64,000 nucleotides of DNA. Origin: Spirochaetia bacterium. GTDB lineage: Bacteria > Spirochaetota > Spirochaetia > UBA9216. Where the stretch lies: positions 448,001 to 512,000 of the forward strand of contig CAXXYH010000003.1 in NCBI GenBank assembly GCA_963677925.2, in the 5' to 3' direction. The first letter of the stretch is position 1; each line of letters begins with the position of its first letter. Positions 1 to 10,312 of this stretch are shown here, in pieces. The translations under genes were made by a program, and so were the position numbers. The notes under the pieces were generated by a model that worked only from the letters and a program-made list of their open reading frames with translations, had not been told where the DNA came from and did not search any database.

Positions 1-1337
1 CTCTCTTTAAAATCATTTGATTCTACAAATTCTATAAGCTGGTTAACTATCTCTGTCCAGCTGAATTTACCTCGTGCCACCCTGCTGCCTTCAGATGATA
101 GAAGGTACGCAAGAGCATCATGCTTAAGAATGGTATGCATATCCATAGCAAGGTCTTCAGGCTCAAAGGGATCAGATTTCAGACCATGTATGCCGTCTTT
201 TATTACTTTGCACAATCCTCCATGTGCAGTAACTATAGTCGGCGTCCCGCAGGCCATTGCTTCAACTGCTGTCATACCGAAAGGTTCATAGCGGCTGGAC
301 AGAACAAATATATCTGCGGCCCGGTAACAGTCCGCCATCATATCATCCGGTATATAACCGGTAAAATGGACTCTGTCGGTTATTCCATATTTTTCAGCTC
401 TTTCAATCAGATCGCTGTAGATTGCTTCTTCGGTCTCGGAACGCTCTTCATGTCCGACAGCCAGATAAAGGTGAGCATCAGGATCACGTTTGGCAAATAT
501 TGAGAAACCATCCATAAGCAGGTCCAGCCCCTTGTTGTGAGCCAGTCTTGAAATTGCAAGAATGCATGTTTCCGGTAAACCCCATCTTTTCTTTAATTAT
601 TGCTTTCGATGCATCTCCCATAGGGAAAAAACTTGTTATCGTCATATCCGGGCGGAATCATAGTGACTTTCTGTTCCGGAAGTTCATATTCGTTTATCAG
701 CATTTCCTGCTGTATAGGAGTGGTAGCAACCAGGCCGCTGCAGTCATTAAAAATGGTCTCTTCATATTTGGTTCGATCTTCAAAATTATATATTTTTTCA
801 AATTCAGCTTCACTTTTATCGAAATCTTTCTCCATATTATTCTTCTTCCAGATTCCGACTGAATGCGGTGTATGGATATGCGGAATAGACAGTTCTTTTC
901 TTAAAATCTCCCCTGCAAGACCCGCATCCCAGTAGTGACTATTTATAAATTTATATTGGTGTTTATTTGTAATTATCCAGTTCTGCAGATTATCTGCAAA
1001 CTCAGGGATATGTTCATATAAATATTCTTTAGGGATAAAATCATTCCCTCCGCATGGTATCCGCACAACACGGACACGTTCATCAACCTCATCTATTTCC
1101 GGCTGGTCTTCAAATCGTCTGGTAAAAATGATCAACATGATACCCCAGTCTGCCGAGAACTTTTGACAGCTCAAGGACATAAACAACCTGGCCTCCAGTG
1201 TCGGGAGCACCAAGCGGCGGCTCTGCAGCGACATATCCATGTGATGAGATCATCATTATTCTGTCTGAAATCTGTTTTTCGGGGTCCTCGCTTTCCGGTG
1301 ACTCAAAAGGCGTCCCGATTGTAAAATCGTTGTTCAT
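1..1337 (-). pseudogene. mfpsA: Mannosylfructose-phosphate synthase (GT4, sucrose-phosphate-synthase-like), interrupted by three +1 frameshifts; runs off the left window edge
   Basis: Fragments read MISSHGYVAAEPPLGAPDTGGQVVYVLEL / FTRRFEDQPEIDEVDERVRVVRIPCGG..NSHYWDAG..PPGYDDNKFF / ILAISRLAHNKGLDLL..SSRYEPFGMTAVEAMACGTP, closely resembling Agrobacterium MfpsA. Frame breaks are at about 1130, 626-631 and 568. May be assembly errors rather than a true pseudogene. Confidence 0.85.
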
Positions 1338-1525
1338 ATTATCTCCTAAACTTAATAAAATATTAGTATTTATTTATATCTATAAATATTTACAGATATT
1401 TATTTCAACATACATAAATATAAGTTAATAATATACAGCGATTTACTCAAGTGTTATAGTAGCGAATAAGCTTACTTTTATTTAGAATTCTAAATATATA
1501 TGGATTTTATTTTAAATAATATATA

Positions 1526-1930
1526 TCAGGCGCCATGAGATATCAAAAATTCTGAATATTTTTTGTCGGTTCCCTTTATATGACTCTGAAGCCATCCTGC
1601 AAGAAAGTTCAGAATATCTATTGATAATGTTCTTTTGCCGCTCTTAAAATCTTCATTGAACACACTGATTTTCTCTACAAAATCGCGGTGTTCCGAGATA
1701 TGTTCAGCTGCATCGGGATAATTATAAGACTTGAAAAGGTTTTCTTCTGTTTTAAAGTGTGTTTGGGTATATTTGATTAATCGCTGAATGATTGGACTCA
1801 TAATATCGTTACCCTTACCGGCTTTCATTGCATCAGTAAGTTCGTTCAGCATCTTTACCAGATTAATATGCTGTTCATCAATTTCAGCAATTCCTACACT
1901 AAATGAATCATTCCAGTTAATTAAAGACAT
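1526..1930 (-). CDS. Bacteriohemerythrin (single domain)
   Basis: W-x3-FSVGIAEIDEQH, HF-x2-EE, H-x3-H and WL-x2-HI-x3-D diiron ligand pattern. Confidence 0.93.
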   Translation of the reverse strand: MSLINWNDSFSVGIAEIDEQHINLVKMLNELTDAMKAGKGNDIMSPIIQRLIKYTQTHFKTEENLFKSYNYPDAAEHISEHRDFVEKISVFNEDFKSGKRTLSIDILNFLAGWLQSHIKGTDKKYSEFLISHGA

Positions 1931-2018
1931 CTACACCTCCATTAGTTCTATACAGTCTAAAGAACATAGAGGTCAAAATCAAATAATCAGAGTAAAGTTA
2001 CTATAGATATATCAGCCT

Positions 2019-2972
2019 CTAGTAGCCTTTTTCAAAATCCACAGTAAAGTTCAGCGGTTTACCGGAAATATAATTTTTAAGGTTTCCAAAAATAACATCA
2101 AAAACACGATCCCGATAAGCATCTGACAGGTAAGAATTGTGAGGGGTTATTATAATATCAGCAGCATCCCATAATGGACTGTCTGCAGCCAGCGGTTCCT
2201 GTTTAAATACATCAAGAGCAGCCCCCCTGAGAACTCCTTCTTTCAGTTTAGCAAGAAGGTCTTCTTCATTGACTACAGAACCTCTTGAAATATTTATAAA
2301 GCAGGCATCTTTTTTCAACAGCGACAATGTTTTCTTGTTAATTAAATTCTCAGTCTCGGAAGTCGCAGGAATAGCAGAAACGAGAATATCACATTCAGGA
2401 AGAAGATTAGCAAGCTGAGCGAGACTGCAGCAGCGATCGAAGCCGGCAACAGCCCTCCCGCTTCTGTTGATTCCTGTAATCTCAACTCCGAAAGCCTTCA
2501 GTCTTGAAGCCGCTTCAACTGCAATCCCTCCAGTACCAAGAAAGATTATGTTCTTACCTGCAAGCTCAGATATATTCCGGTCTTCATTCCATATTTTTTT
2601 TCTCATATTATTATACATGGTAGAAGAGTTTTTAAGCAGCATGAGAATCATTGTGATAATCCATTCGGCTATTGGAATAGATGTAGCATTGCCGTTATTA
2701 GCAACAATAATACCGGCTTTTTTTATTTTTTCCCGGGGTGCCTGGTTGATTCCCTTACTGACTAGTTGAATAAATTTAAGCTTCTCAAGATTACTGATAT
2801 CAACTTTGTCAAATGGATCATAACAGATAAGAACTTCAGTGTTTCCGGGTATTTCATTTCCTGTTATTTTATCTTCATTTATATAAGCGACTTCATAACC
2901 TTCCAGCTCTATTTTACGGAAGTTTTCTCTTCCATATGGAAATGTAAATACCACTAGCGGTTTATTCTGCAT
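2019..2972 (-). CDS. D-isomer-specific 2-hydroxyacid dehydrogenase
   Basis: GTGGIA nucleotide-binding loop, INISRG, AALDVF-x2-EPL, ITPHNS. Confidence 0.92.
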   Translation of the reverse strand: MQNKPLVVFTFPYGRENFRKIELEGYEVAYINEDKITGNEIPGNTEVLICYDPFDKVDISNLEKLKFIQLVSKGINQAPREKIKKAGIIVANNGNATSIPIAEWIITMILMLLKNSSTMYNNMRKKIWNEDRNISELAGKNIIFLGTGGIAVEAASRLKAFGVEITGINRSGRAVAGFDRCCSLAQLANLLPECDILVSAIPATSETENLINKKTLSLLKKDACFINISRGSVVNEEDLLAKLKEGVLRGAALDVFKQEPLAADSPLWDAADIIITPHNSYLSDAYRDRVFDVIFGNLKNYISGKPLNFTVDFEKGY

Positions 2973-4146
2973 TATTACTCCCGAAGTTCAAAATTTTGTT
3001 AAAATAATCTGCAAACCTTTCAGCTCCTGCAGTCATGGTTTCAGCTGAATTGGCAAAAGCAAGTCTAATCCAGCCTTCCGCCTCATTACCGAATGCTGTG
3101 CCCGGAACTGTCAGGACCCCGCCTTCAGAAAGAAGTTTCAATGAAAAGTCTCTCGAATTGATTCCTGTTTTTCTAATATCGGCCATTATTCCGAGAGAGC
3201 CTCCGGACTTAATATAATCAAGATTTTCGATAGAGTCGAATTTATCACAGATAATATTACGCCGGCGCTCGTATTCCCTGCGCATCTGCTCAACACAATC
3301 CTGAGAACCCTTAAGTGCTGCAGCTCCGGCATGCTGAATGAATATCGGCAGACATGAGATAAGCGCCTGCTGCATTTTATAAAATCCTGAAACTAAATTA
3401 CTGCTTCCGAGAATATACCCAAGACGCCAGCCGGTCATGGCATATGTTTTAGACAGACTGTTTGCGATTAAGACCCTGCCTCTTAATTGAGGATGCTGCA
3501 TAGGGCTGTAATGAGTTTTTCCGTCGAAGACTATCTTTTCATATACCTCATCTGAAATAATCAGAACATTGCAGCCTTCAAGCGCGTGTGCAAGCCTCTC
3601 ACAGTATTCAAAATCGATTAACGTCCCTGACGGATTATTCGGATAATTTAGAATTACAGCTTTTGTTCTTGCAGTTACAGCTTCAGCAATTTCATCAGGA
3701 TTCATTAGAAATCCGTTTTCAGAAGAAGCCCTGATACGAATTACGCGGCCTCCGAACATTCTCACCTGCCCTTCGTAGCTGGTGTAGCTTGGATCGGACA
3801 CTATGACCTCATCTCCGCTGTCAAGAATTCCTGCAAGAATAATAAACATTGCTTCGACGCTTCCTGCAGTAGCCATGACATTATCGGGAGTAAAATCGAA
3901 ACCGAACTGATCGATATACTTTGCGGCTACTGCCTCTCTCAGCTCAACAAGTCCGGATTCTGTGGAATATTTGGTATTCCCGTCACGAAGTGATTTTACA
4001 GCTGCCTCCACTATATGTTCAGGAGTAGCAAGATCCGGATCCCCGTTACACATGTTAACAGCATCCGGATATTTCCGGTACATATCAAGCATTTCACGTA
4101 TGCCTGAAGCCGGCCATGTTTTAAGTAGTGTAGAAAATTGTTTCAT
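2962..4146 (-). CDS. PLP-dependent aminotransferase class I/II (AspC-like)
   Basis: NYPNNPSG, ISDEVYE, SLSKTYAMTGWRLG, C-terminal IRLAFA. Confidence 0.93.
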   Translation of the reverse strand: MKQFSTLLKTWPASGIREMLDMYRKYPDAVNMCNGDPDLATPEHIVEAAVKSLRDGNTKYSTESGLVELREAVAAKYIDQFGFDFTPDNVMATAGSVEAMFIILAGILDSGDEVIVSDPSYTSYEGQVRMFGGRVIRIRASSENGFLMNPDEIAEAVTARTKAVILNYPNNPSGTLIDFEYCERLAHALEGCNVLIISDEVYEKIVFDGKTHYSPMQHPQLRGRVLIANSLSKTYAMTGWRLGYILGSSNLVSGFYKMQQALISCLPIFIQHAGAAALKGSQDCVEQMRREYERRRNIICDKFDSIENLDYIKSGGSLGIMADIRKTGINSRDFSLKLLSEGGVLTVPGTAFGNEAEGWIRLAFANSAETMTAGAERFADYFNKILNFGSNNAE

Positions 4147-4205
4147 ATTAATCCAATTAACAGTTTTTATCTTGATTAGAGTGTTGAATGGTTATAGATT
4201 ATTAG

Positions 4206-4233
4206 CCGGTATTCAGTTACAGCTGAATACCGG
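4206..4233 (-). terminator. 11-bp perfect hairpin downstream of the ECF S-component gene (partial terminator or mRNA-stabilising stem)
   Basis: CCGGTATTCAG-ttacag-CTGAATACCGG; no clear U-tract on the minus strand. Confidence 0.55.
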
Positions 4234-4252
4234 TCTAATAATATCCGGCAGA

Positions 4253-4876
4253 TTAAATATCTGCAGCTTCTGCGACTTTATCTTCCTTAATATACTGTTC
4301 ACCGTATTTAAGTTTTGACAGGTATCTGCTGGATATTCTTTTAACAATAAGAACAGCAACAATGAGACTGAGAATCTTGTCTGCGCTTTCTGTAATAAAG
4401 TGGGTAGAAAATACAGCAGTCCAGATCTTGGTTCCTGTAGCGAGGAATCCTGCAGTGATCATTGAAGTTGCATGTCCTGTCATTCCACCAAAAAGTATTA
4501 CAGTGATGGGAGCGGCAGTACATGTAGCTACAAGAGCAATAATTACACCTGAAATACCAATCTTCCACCATTTGCCCATCATGCCTTTGGCAGAAAGCAG
4601 AGCAGCGAAGATACCGATTGCCATGTTTACAACTGAGTAAGGCAGGTATACAGGGTTAAAGATTGCATTAATAGCATTGGTCAGAAAACCAGTTATGATA
4701 GCAATCCAGGGACCAGCAACAATACCTACAAGTATTGTTCCGATTACATCAAGAAACACAGGGAGTCTCAGCAGCTGGGCAAGCTGAAATCCTACAATGT
4801 TGATAGCAACACATACTGGAATAAGCAGCAGTGAAACCAGGGTGAAGTCATCCTTGAAACTTCTTTTCTTTTCCAT
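4253..4876 (-). CDS. ECF transporter S component, QrtT/STY3230-like (nucleoside-associated) family
   Basis: About 6 TM; AIN-x-VG-x-QL-x3-LRLPVFLDVIGT..GP..G-x-LTN and LFGG-x-TG..DKILS motifs; next to ECF A, A' and T genes. Confidence 0.8.
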   Translation of the reverse strand: MEKKRSFKDDFTLVSLLLIPVCVAINIVGFQLAQLLRLPVFLDVIGTILVGIVAGPWIAIITGFLTNAINAIFNPVYLPYSVVNMAIGIFAALLSAKGMMGKWWKIGISGVIIALVATCTAAPITVILFGGMTGHATSMITAGFLATGTKIWTAVFSTHFITESADKILSLIVAVLIVKRISSRYLSKLKYGEQYIKEDKVAEAADI

Positions 4877-4929
4877 TTAATTTCTCCTCGTTATATATTT
4901 AATGCCCGTATGGACATCTATAACCATAA

Positions 4930-5877
4930 TTATTTGAATTTCGCTATCGATTTGATAACCAGATCGATAAACTTTTCTCTGTCAATTTTAAAAGCCACCT
5001 CTGCATTTGCAGGCTTTTTTGTCACGCCGTTAAAATCAACAACTGTACTGCCCAGAGTCGGTCCGTCGTTTGTATCGATTTCAACATGACAGTCAACCAT
5101 TCTGAAAATTGAAGGATCGACAATATAAGCCATGCAGCAGGCATCATGAAGGTGTACACCTTCTACCCAGTCCTCATCTGCCAGAAAATATCTGGTAGCC
5201 TTGGTGATAAAGAAATCAAGCAGATCGGCGAATATTTCTCCGGATTTTGTGCCAAGGTTCCGGAGTGACTTAATTTCATCAGGCATCATACTGGCCCGGT
5301 TTGTTACATCAAGTCCGAACATTGAAACTTTTACACCGCTTTTAAAAACTATGTCTGCAGCTTCAGGATCTACTAGAATATTAAACTCTGCAGCCGGAGT
5401 TATATTTCCTCCGAAACAGGCACCGCCCATAATGATTATCCGTTCAAGTTTTTCTTTTAATTCCGGATAAGCAAGAAGAAAAATAGCGACATTAGTAAGC
5501 GGACCTGTTGCAACCAGAGTAATTGGTTCCGGATGATTCCGGATAATATCTGCAGTAAAATCCCAGGCTTTCCCCTTGAATGCTGCTGTTGTCGGTTCCG
5601 GAAGTTCAGCACCATCAAGACCGGAATCACCGTGAATGTCGGCAGCAATCCGCAAATTTCTTGTCAGCGGTTTTGAAGCGCCGGGACATACAGTAATATC
5701 TTCTCTTTCCGCAAGTGCAAGAAGTTTTCTTGCGTTGTTGAATGTTTTTTCAGGGAGCTGATTACCTGCACAGGTAGTTATGCCCTTAACTTCTATTGCA
5801 TCATTTGCAAGGGCAATGAATAATGCTACAGCATCATCATGCCCCGGATCACAGTCAAAAATTATCGGTATTGCCAT
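4930..5877 (-). CDS. Nucleoside hydrolase (IU-NH/Rih family)
   Basis: DCDPGHDD, IHGDSGL, TGPLTN, AEFNI..DPEAA, LHDA. Confidence 0.95.
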   Translation of the reverse strand: MAIPIIFDCDPGHDDAVALFIALANDAIEVKGITTCAGNQLPEKTFNNARKLLALAEREDITVCPGASKPLTRNLRIAADIHGDSGLDGAELPEPTTAAFKGKAWDFTADIIRNHPEPITLVATGPLTNVAIFLLAYPELKEKLERIIIMGGACFGGNITPAAEFNILVDPEAADIVFKSGVKVSMFGLDVTNRASMMPDEIKSLRNLGTKSGEIFADLLDFFITKATRYFLADEDWVEGVHLHDACCMAYIVDPSIFRMVDCHVEIDTNDGPTLGSTVVDFNGVTKKPANAEVAFKIDREKFIDLVIKSIAKFK

Positions 5878-6698
5878 TATGCTTCCTTTAATCCTGTTTC
5901 ATTTTTTACAGCACTGATCATTTCAGTAACATCAAGAACGTTACCGGGCAGCCCCATTCGATATGCAACCCTACTGACATAGGGCTGTTTCAGCATGCTC
6001 TGTTTTAAAACATCGTGGTTCCAGAATGTTGCCCTTCTGTCTGAATCAGAGATAATTTTTTTGTTGGCCATTACAACGACTCTTTCAAAGTTCTTAACGA
6101 CAAACTCCATATCGTGTGTAATTGTAATTACCGTTTTACCCTGCTCCTTCAGGAATTTAAGTACATCTGCAAGAACTTCCATACCATAGAGGTCCTGTCC
6201 GGCTGTCGGTTCATCAAGAATGAGAACATCCGGATCATTTGCCATTATCGCTGCAATCGTTACAAACTTTCTTGTGGAGTAAGGAAGGTTATATGGATTT
6301 TCATTTAAATACGGACGTATCTTGGTAACATCAACAGCTGTGCGGACACGATTCTTAATCTCTTCGATCTGAAGTTTCATATACTTGGGACCAAAGGCAA
6401 CCTCGCTGTAAATAGAATCGTTAAAAATCTGATCATCCGGATTCTGGAAGATATACCCTACTTTTGAGGAAAGCTGAGCAACGGTATGATCATTAGTGTT
6501 CCATCCGTCAATTACAACTTCACCTTCCTGCGGTTTTAAAAGTCCATTCATCAGCTTAACAGTAGTTGTCTTCCCTGCACCGTTCTGACCGACTATTGCC
6601 AGGAATTCACCTTTGGCTACTTCAAGATTGATATTCTCAATCGCAGTAAAATCATTTGGATATGTAAAAGTTACATTCTTCAGTTCAATAAAACTCAC
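5877..6698 (-). CDS. ECF transporter ATPase (EcfA')
   Basis: GQNGAGKTT, FQNPDDQ, LDEPTAGQD, ITHDM; start set at the GTG overlapping the upstream stop (GTGA). Confidence 0.93.
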   Translation of the reverse strand: MSFIELKNVTFTYPNDFTAIENINLEVAKGEFLAIVGQNGAGKTTTVKLMNGLLKPQEGEVVIDGWNTNDHTVAQLSSKVGYIFQNPDDQIFNDSIYSEVAFGPKYMKLQIEEIKNRVRTAVDVTKIRPYLNENPYNLPYSTRKFVTIAAIMANDPDVLILDEPTAGQDLYGMEVLADVLKFLKEQGKTVITITHDMEFVVKNFERVVVMANKKIISDSDRRATFWNHDVLKQSMLKQPYVSRVAYRMGLPGNVLDVTEMISAVKNETGLKEA

Positions 6699-7555
6699 AG
6701 TACAGCCTCTTTTGTCAGTATTTTTTCCATCACGTTTATGCATTCATCTTCCGTGATCGCTACATCATCTACAGGCAGACCGCTGTTTTTGAGTGCAAGA
6801 CAAAGCTGTGCAAACTGTGGAATGGCAGTATTATGCTCAAGAACATTCTCGCTGGAGAGAACCTCCTTAGCAGGTCCGTCCATTACAATCTCACCATCAT
6901 CAAGAAGAATAATATGATCAGAGTACTCAGCAACCAGCTCAATCTTGTGTTCAACAAGTATGATGGTTTTACCCATTTCTTTCATAAGCTTGATAGTCTG
7001 AAAGACCTCTTCAGTACCGATAGGATCAAGCTGTGACGTAGGTTCATCAATTACAAGGACATCAGGTTCCATAACAAGGATTGATGCAAGAGCTACACGC
7101 TGCTTCTGTCCGCCGGAAAGAGCAAAGGGGTCTTTGTCTTTTAAGTATTCAATCTGCAGAAACTCGAACATCTTTTCTACACGCGCCTTAATTTCCTCAG
7201 GATCAACACCGAGGTTTTCAAGTCCGTATGCTACTTCTTCAAAAACTGTACCTTTAATACCGCTTATCTGAATAAAGGGATTCTGAAAGACATAGCCGAT
7301 TTTCATAGCAAGCTCACCCATACTCAGCTCACTCATGTCCTGACCGTCAAGAATAATCTCACCGTTCAGCTCACCCTTGTAAAAGTTGGGCACAAATCCC
7401 CTTAATGCGCTGCATAATGTTGTTTTACCACTTCCGTTACAGCCGATAATTGAACAGAACTCACCTTTTTCAATTGAAAAATTCAGGTTCTTGAGAACAT
7501 CGCCCTTGCTGGTCGGATATTTGTATGAAAGGTTTTTAACTTCTATAAGAGCCAT
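6695..7555 (-). CDS. ECF transporter ATPase (EcfA)
   Basis: GCNGSGKTT, FQNP, LSGGQKQR, IDEPTSQLD. Confidence 0.93.
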   Translation of the reverse strand: MALIEVKNLSYKYPTSKGDVLKNLNFSIEKGEFCSIIGCNGSGKTTLCSALRGFVPNFYKGELNGEIILDGQDMSELSMGELAMKIGYVFQNPFIQISGIKGTVFEEVAYGLENLGVDPEEIKARVEKMFEFLQIEYLKDKDPFALSGGQKQRVALASILVMEPDVLVIDEPTSQLDPIGTEEVFQTIKLMKEMGKTIILVEHKIELVAEYSDHIILLDDGEIVMDGPAKEVLSSENVLEHNTAIPQFAQLCLALKNSGLPVDDVAITEDECINVMEKILTKEAVL

Positions 7556-8298
7556 AATGCAATCCTCCCTGCGATAAGTCCTATAAGAATAATAAGCATG
7601 ACAATTTTGAGCGGCTTGTCGGCTCTTGTAAGTTCGATTTTATGAATCCTCGTTTTCTTGACCGGAGCTGTAAAAGCCCTTGATTCAAGTGTGATGGCTC
7701 TTTCTTCAGTATTGGCTATTGATGACAGAACCAGCGGCCCTAGCATCGGTATAAAGGCCTTTATTCTGACCATCAGACTGCCTTCGGTTTCAACACCTCT
7801 GGCCCTCTGGGCATCCATAATAACCGTTGACTGTTTTTTCATTTCAGGAATCATCTGCAGTGTTGCAAGAATGACGTAGGTTGCAGTCGGTGAAAAACCA
7901 TTCTGCTCAAGAGCAAGAACGAAATCTTTCACTTCGGTGATCCTGAAAAAGAGAACGAAAGAACAGGCTATTGCAAGAACCCTCGAAGACATCTTGAACC
8001 CGAACTGGATTCCTTCATTAGTAATTCTGAAGATTCCCTTTCTCCATACTTCATCCACTCCAGGATAAAAGAACATCTGCATTACAAGAATCAGGATTAC
8101 CAGAATCAGAATTGATTTCCTTGAAAACTTAAGATAATCCCTCAGGCAGCCTGCCATTGCAGCAATTACCGCCGCTATTAAAAAGCAGGAATAGGCATAA
8201 ATGTAGCTCGGAATAATTACTGAAGACACAGCTATCAGCAGGGCGAGATACAGCTTGGTTGTCGGATAAAGCTGAAGAACAGCATTATTTTTACTCAT
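7543..8298 (-). CDS. ECF transporter T component (CbiQ/EcfT)
   Basis: TM helices plus AQRARG and LESRAF coupling motifs; start moved to MSKNN. Confidence 0.92.
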   Translation of the reverse strand: MSKNNAVLQLYPTTKLYLALLIAVSSVIIPSYIYAYSCFLIAAVIAAMAGCLRDYLKFSRKSILILVILILVMQMFFYPGVDEVWRKGIFRITNEGIQFGFKMSSRVLAIACSFVLFFRITEVKDFVLALEQNGFSPTATYVILATLQMIPEMKKQSTVIMDAQRARGVETEGSLMVRIKAFIPMLGPLVLSSIANTEERAITLESRAFTAPVKKTRIHKIELTRADKPLKIVMLIILIGLIAGRIALWLL

Positions 8299-9115
8299 CA
8301 GTCCCCTCTTTTTTATACTTCTCTGCTGTTTGCCAGCATGTAGTAAATTCAACATTTTCAAAAGATTTTATATGCTTAATAAGATTATCCAGAACTTTCA
8401 TTCTTGCCGGGCGTCCAATCACCTGCGGGTGGCAGGTAAGAATGAAACAGATGTCTGAATTTTCTTCTTCCATAAACTCTTCATACAGGGCATCAAATTC
8501 AGCAATCCAGAATTCCTGCACAGCAGAAACCGGCTGTATCGCCTTACCCGGAATTCTTACCGTGTAAAGCCAGAAGGCTGCATCATCGAGTACCCAGTGA
8601 ATTGGAAGTTCAACGATATTCGTCTTGCGCTCAAACACCTGAAGATGCCCTATACGGTCTGTATGCATCATATTGCTTGAATACTCAAATCCTATATCAA
8701 GAAGGATATCCAGTGTATTTTCACTGAACTCCCATGCTGGAGATCTATAACCTTTAGGCTTCTTTCCAGTCAGCTTTTCAAGAATCTCATTGGTTCTTGT
8801 AAGCTCTTCCTTTTCTGCATCAGCAGAAGGAAGTTTGTCCGGATATGTATGGCTGTAACTGTGATTGCAGATCTCGTGTCCGGCTGTATCTATTTTCTTT
8901 ATCTGCCCGGGATACCTTTCAGCAATAATTCCGGGAACAAAAAATGTAGCAGGGACTTCATTTCTTTCAAGAACTTTCATTATTCTAGGAAGCCCTTCAA
9001 TAATTCCGTAAGTTCCAAGAGAGCGGGTAACAGGAAGATGATCAAGCTCACGGGAAGCCCAGAGTGATTCTCCGTCGACATCAAAGGTAAGCATTACGGG
9101 CATTTTTTTCTTCAT
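8291..9115 (-). CDS. Polysaccharide deacetylase (CE4) family hydrolase, PuuE/HpPgdA-like, cytoplasmic
   Basis: LTFDVD, ATFFVPG, HSYSH, GYRSP, TCHPQVIGR; no signal peptide. Confidence 0.88.
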   Translation of the reverse strand: MKKKMPVMLTFDVDGESLWASRELDHLPVTRSLGTYGIIEGLPRIMKVLERNEVPATFFVPGIIAERYPGQIKKIDTAGHEICNHSYSHTYPDKLPSADAEKEELTRTNEILEKLTGKKPKGYRSPAWEFSENTLDILLDIGFEYSSNMMHTDRIGHLQVFERKTNIVELPIHWVLDDAAFWLYTVRIPGKAIQPVSAVQEFWIAEFDALYEEFMEEENSDICFILTCHPQVIGRPARMKVLDNLIKHIKSFENVEFTTCWQTAEKYKKEGTDE

Positions 9116-9136
9116 AATATTCTTCTCCCTAAAATC

Positions 9137-10312
9137 TTATTTTTTCAGAAACTCTATTGCAGAGAGGGCATAAATCTCAACAGACTGGGCAAGACGCTTT
9201 ATCTCTACTTTTTCATCTGCAGTATGAGATTCATTTGCCGGACCGGGGCCGAGAATTACAACAGGGATACCGGCGTGAAAGATATGTGACGCATCGGTAC
9301 AGCCGCCCTTTCCCCTGTATTTGGGATCGGTTCCTGTTACCTTTTTAAAGGCCTCTTCTATGGTAGTAACAACTGCATCTGAAGCTTCAGTTATAAATGG
9401 ATCCCAGCCCTTGTTGATAAGACTTAATTCAGTTGTGAAACCCTCAGTTTCTGCCTCATCAAGAGCCGCCTGAATCTCGGATGTAATTGATTCTTCGGTT
9501 TCACCCGGAAGCATTCTGCGGTCGATTGTAAGAATGCATTCTTCAGGGATAATATTGGTCTGCCGGCCGCCGCTGATAATTGTGAAAGAAAGACTCGGCT
9601 GCTTAACCTGGTCTTCGAAAATTTCATTATAGTAGTCAAACTTGATTTTCTTTACCGATTCAATTACTTTTGCCGAATGCTCAACCGCATTCTTTCCTAC
9701 ATGCGGCCGGCCGGCATGACAGGCGGAGCCCGATATCTTGATTTCAAACCATCTCAAGCCCCGCTGTGCGTTTTCAATATAAAAATCTGTCGGCTCTGAC
9801 GATACAGCACCATCGTAACGGTTACCAAGTTTTTCAAGAAGCATCCTTGTACCGTTTTTACTGCCAGTTTCTTCATCTCCGATACCCCAGAACTCAATCT
9901 CACCATCCAGTTCTATACCGTTATCCTTGATAGCCTTCATAGCCGACATCATTGATGCGACTCCGCTTTTCATATCTGAAGCGCCGCGTCCGATTATAAA
10001 ACCGTCTTTTTCTACGGCTTGAAAAGGATCTACCGTCCAGTTCAATCCCGCAGGGACTACATCAAAGTGTCCGTTCCACAGAATTTTTCTGCCGCCTTTT
10101 TTACCGTATCTGGCAACAACATTGGCGACACCTTCACTTTTCACGATTTCGGCATCAATATCATTCGACAAAAACCATGAGAGTATAAATTCTGCACATT
10201 CATCCACATGTCCCGGAGGATTAACGCTTTTTATTCTGATAAGCTGTTTCGTAAGTTCTCTTACTTCTTCTGCATCTATTTTAAGTTCAATCATTTTAGT
10301 TTCCTGTTTCAT
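9137..10312 (-). CDS. M20 family metallo-amidohydrolase (ArgE/DapE-like)
   Basis: NGHFDVVP, GRGASDMKSG, DEETG, EPT, HAG, HTADE. Confidence 0.92.
   Translation of the reverse strand: MKQETKMIELKIDAEEVRELTKQLIRIKSVNPPGHVDECAEFILSWFLSNDIDAEIVKSEGVANVVARYGKKGGRKILWNGHFDVVPAGLNWTVDPFQAVEKDGFIIGRGASDMKSGVASMMSAMKAIKDNGIELDGEIEFWGIGDEETGSKNGTRMLLEKLGNRYDGAVSSEPTDFYIENAQRGLRWFEIKISGSACHAGRPHVGKNAVEHSAKVIESVKKIKFDYYNEIFEDQVKQPSLSFTIISGGRQTNIIPEECILTIDRRMLPGETEESITSEIQAALDEAETEGFTTELSLINKGWDPFITEASDAVVTTIEEAFKKVTGTDPKYRGKGGCTDASHIFHAGIPVVILGPGPANESHTADEKVEIKRLAQSVEIYALSAIEFLKK

Noticed and set aside
568-1130. Programmed ribosomal frameshifting in mfpsA
   Set aside because: Three separate shifts would be needed, and only one lies in a homopolymer run.
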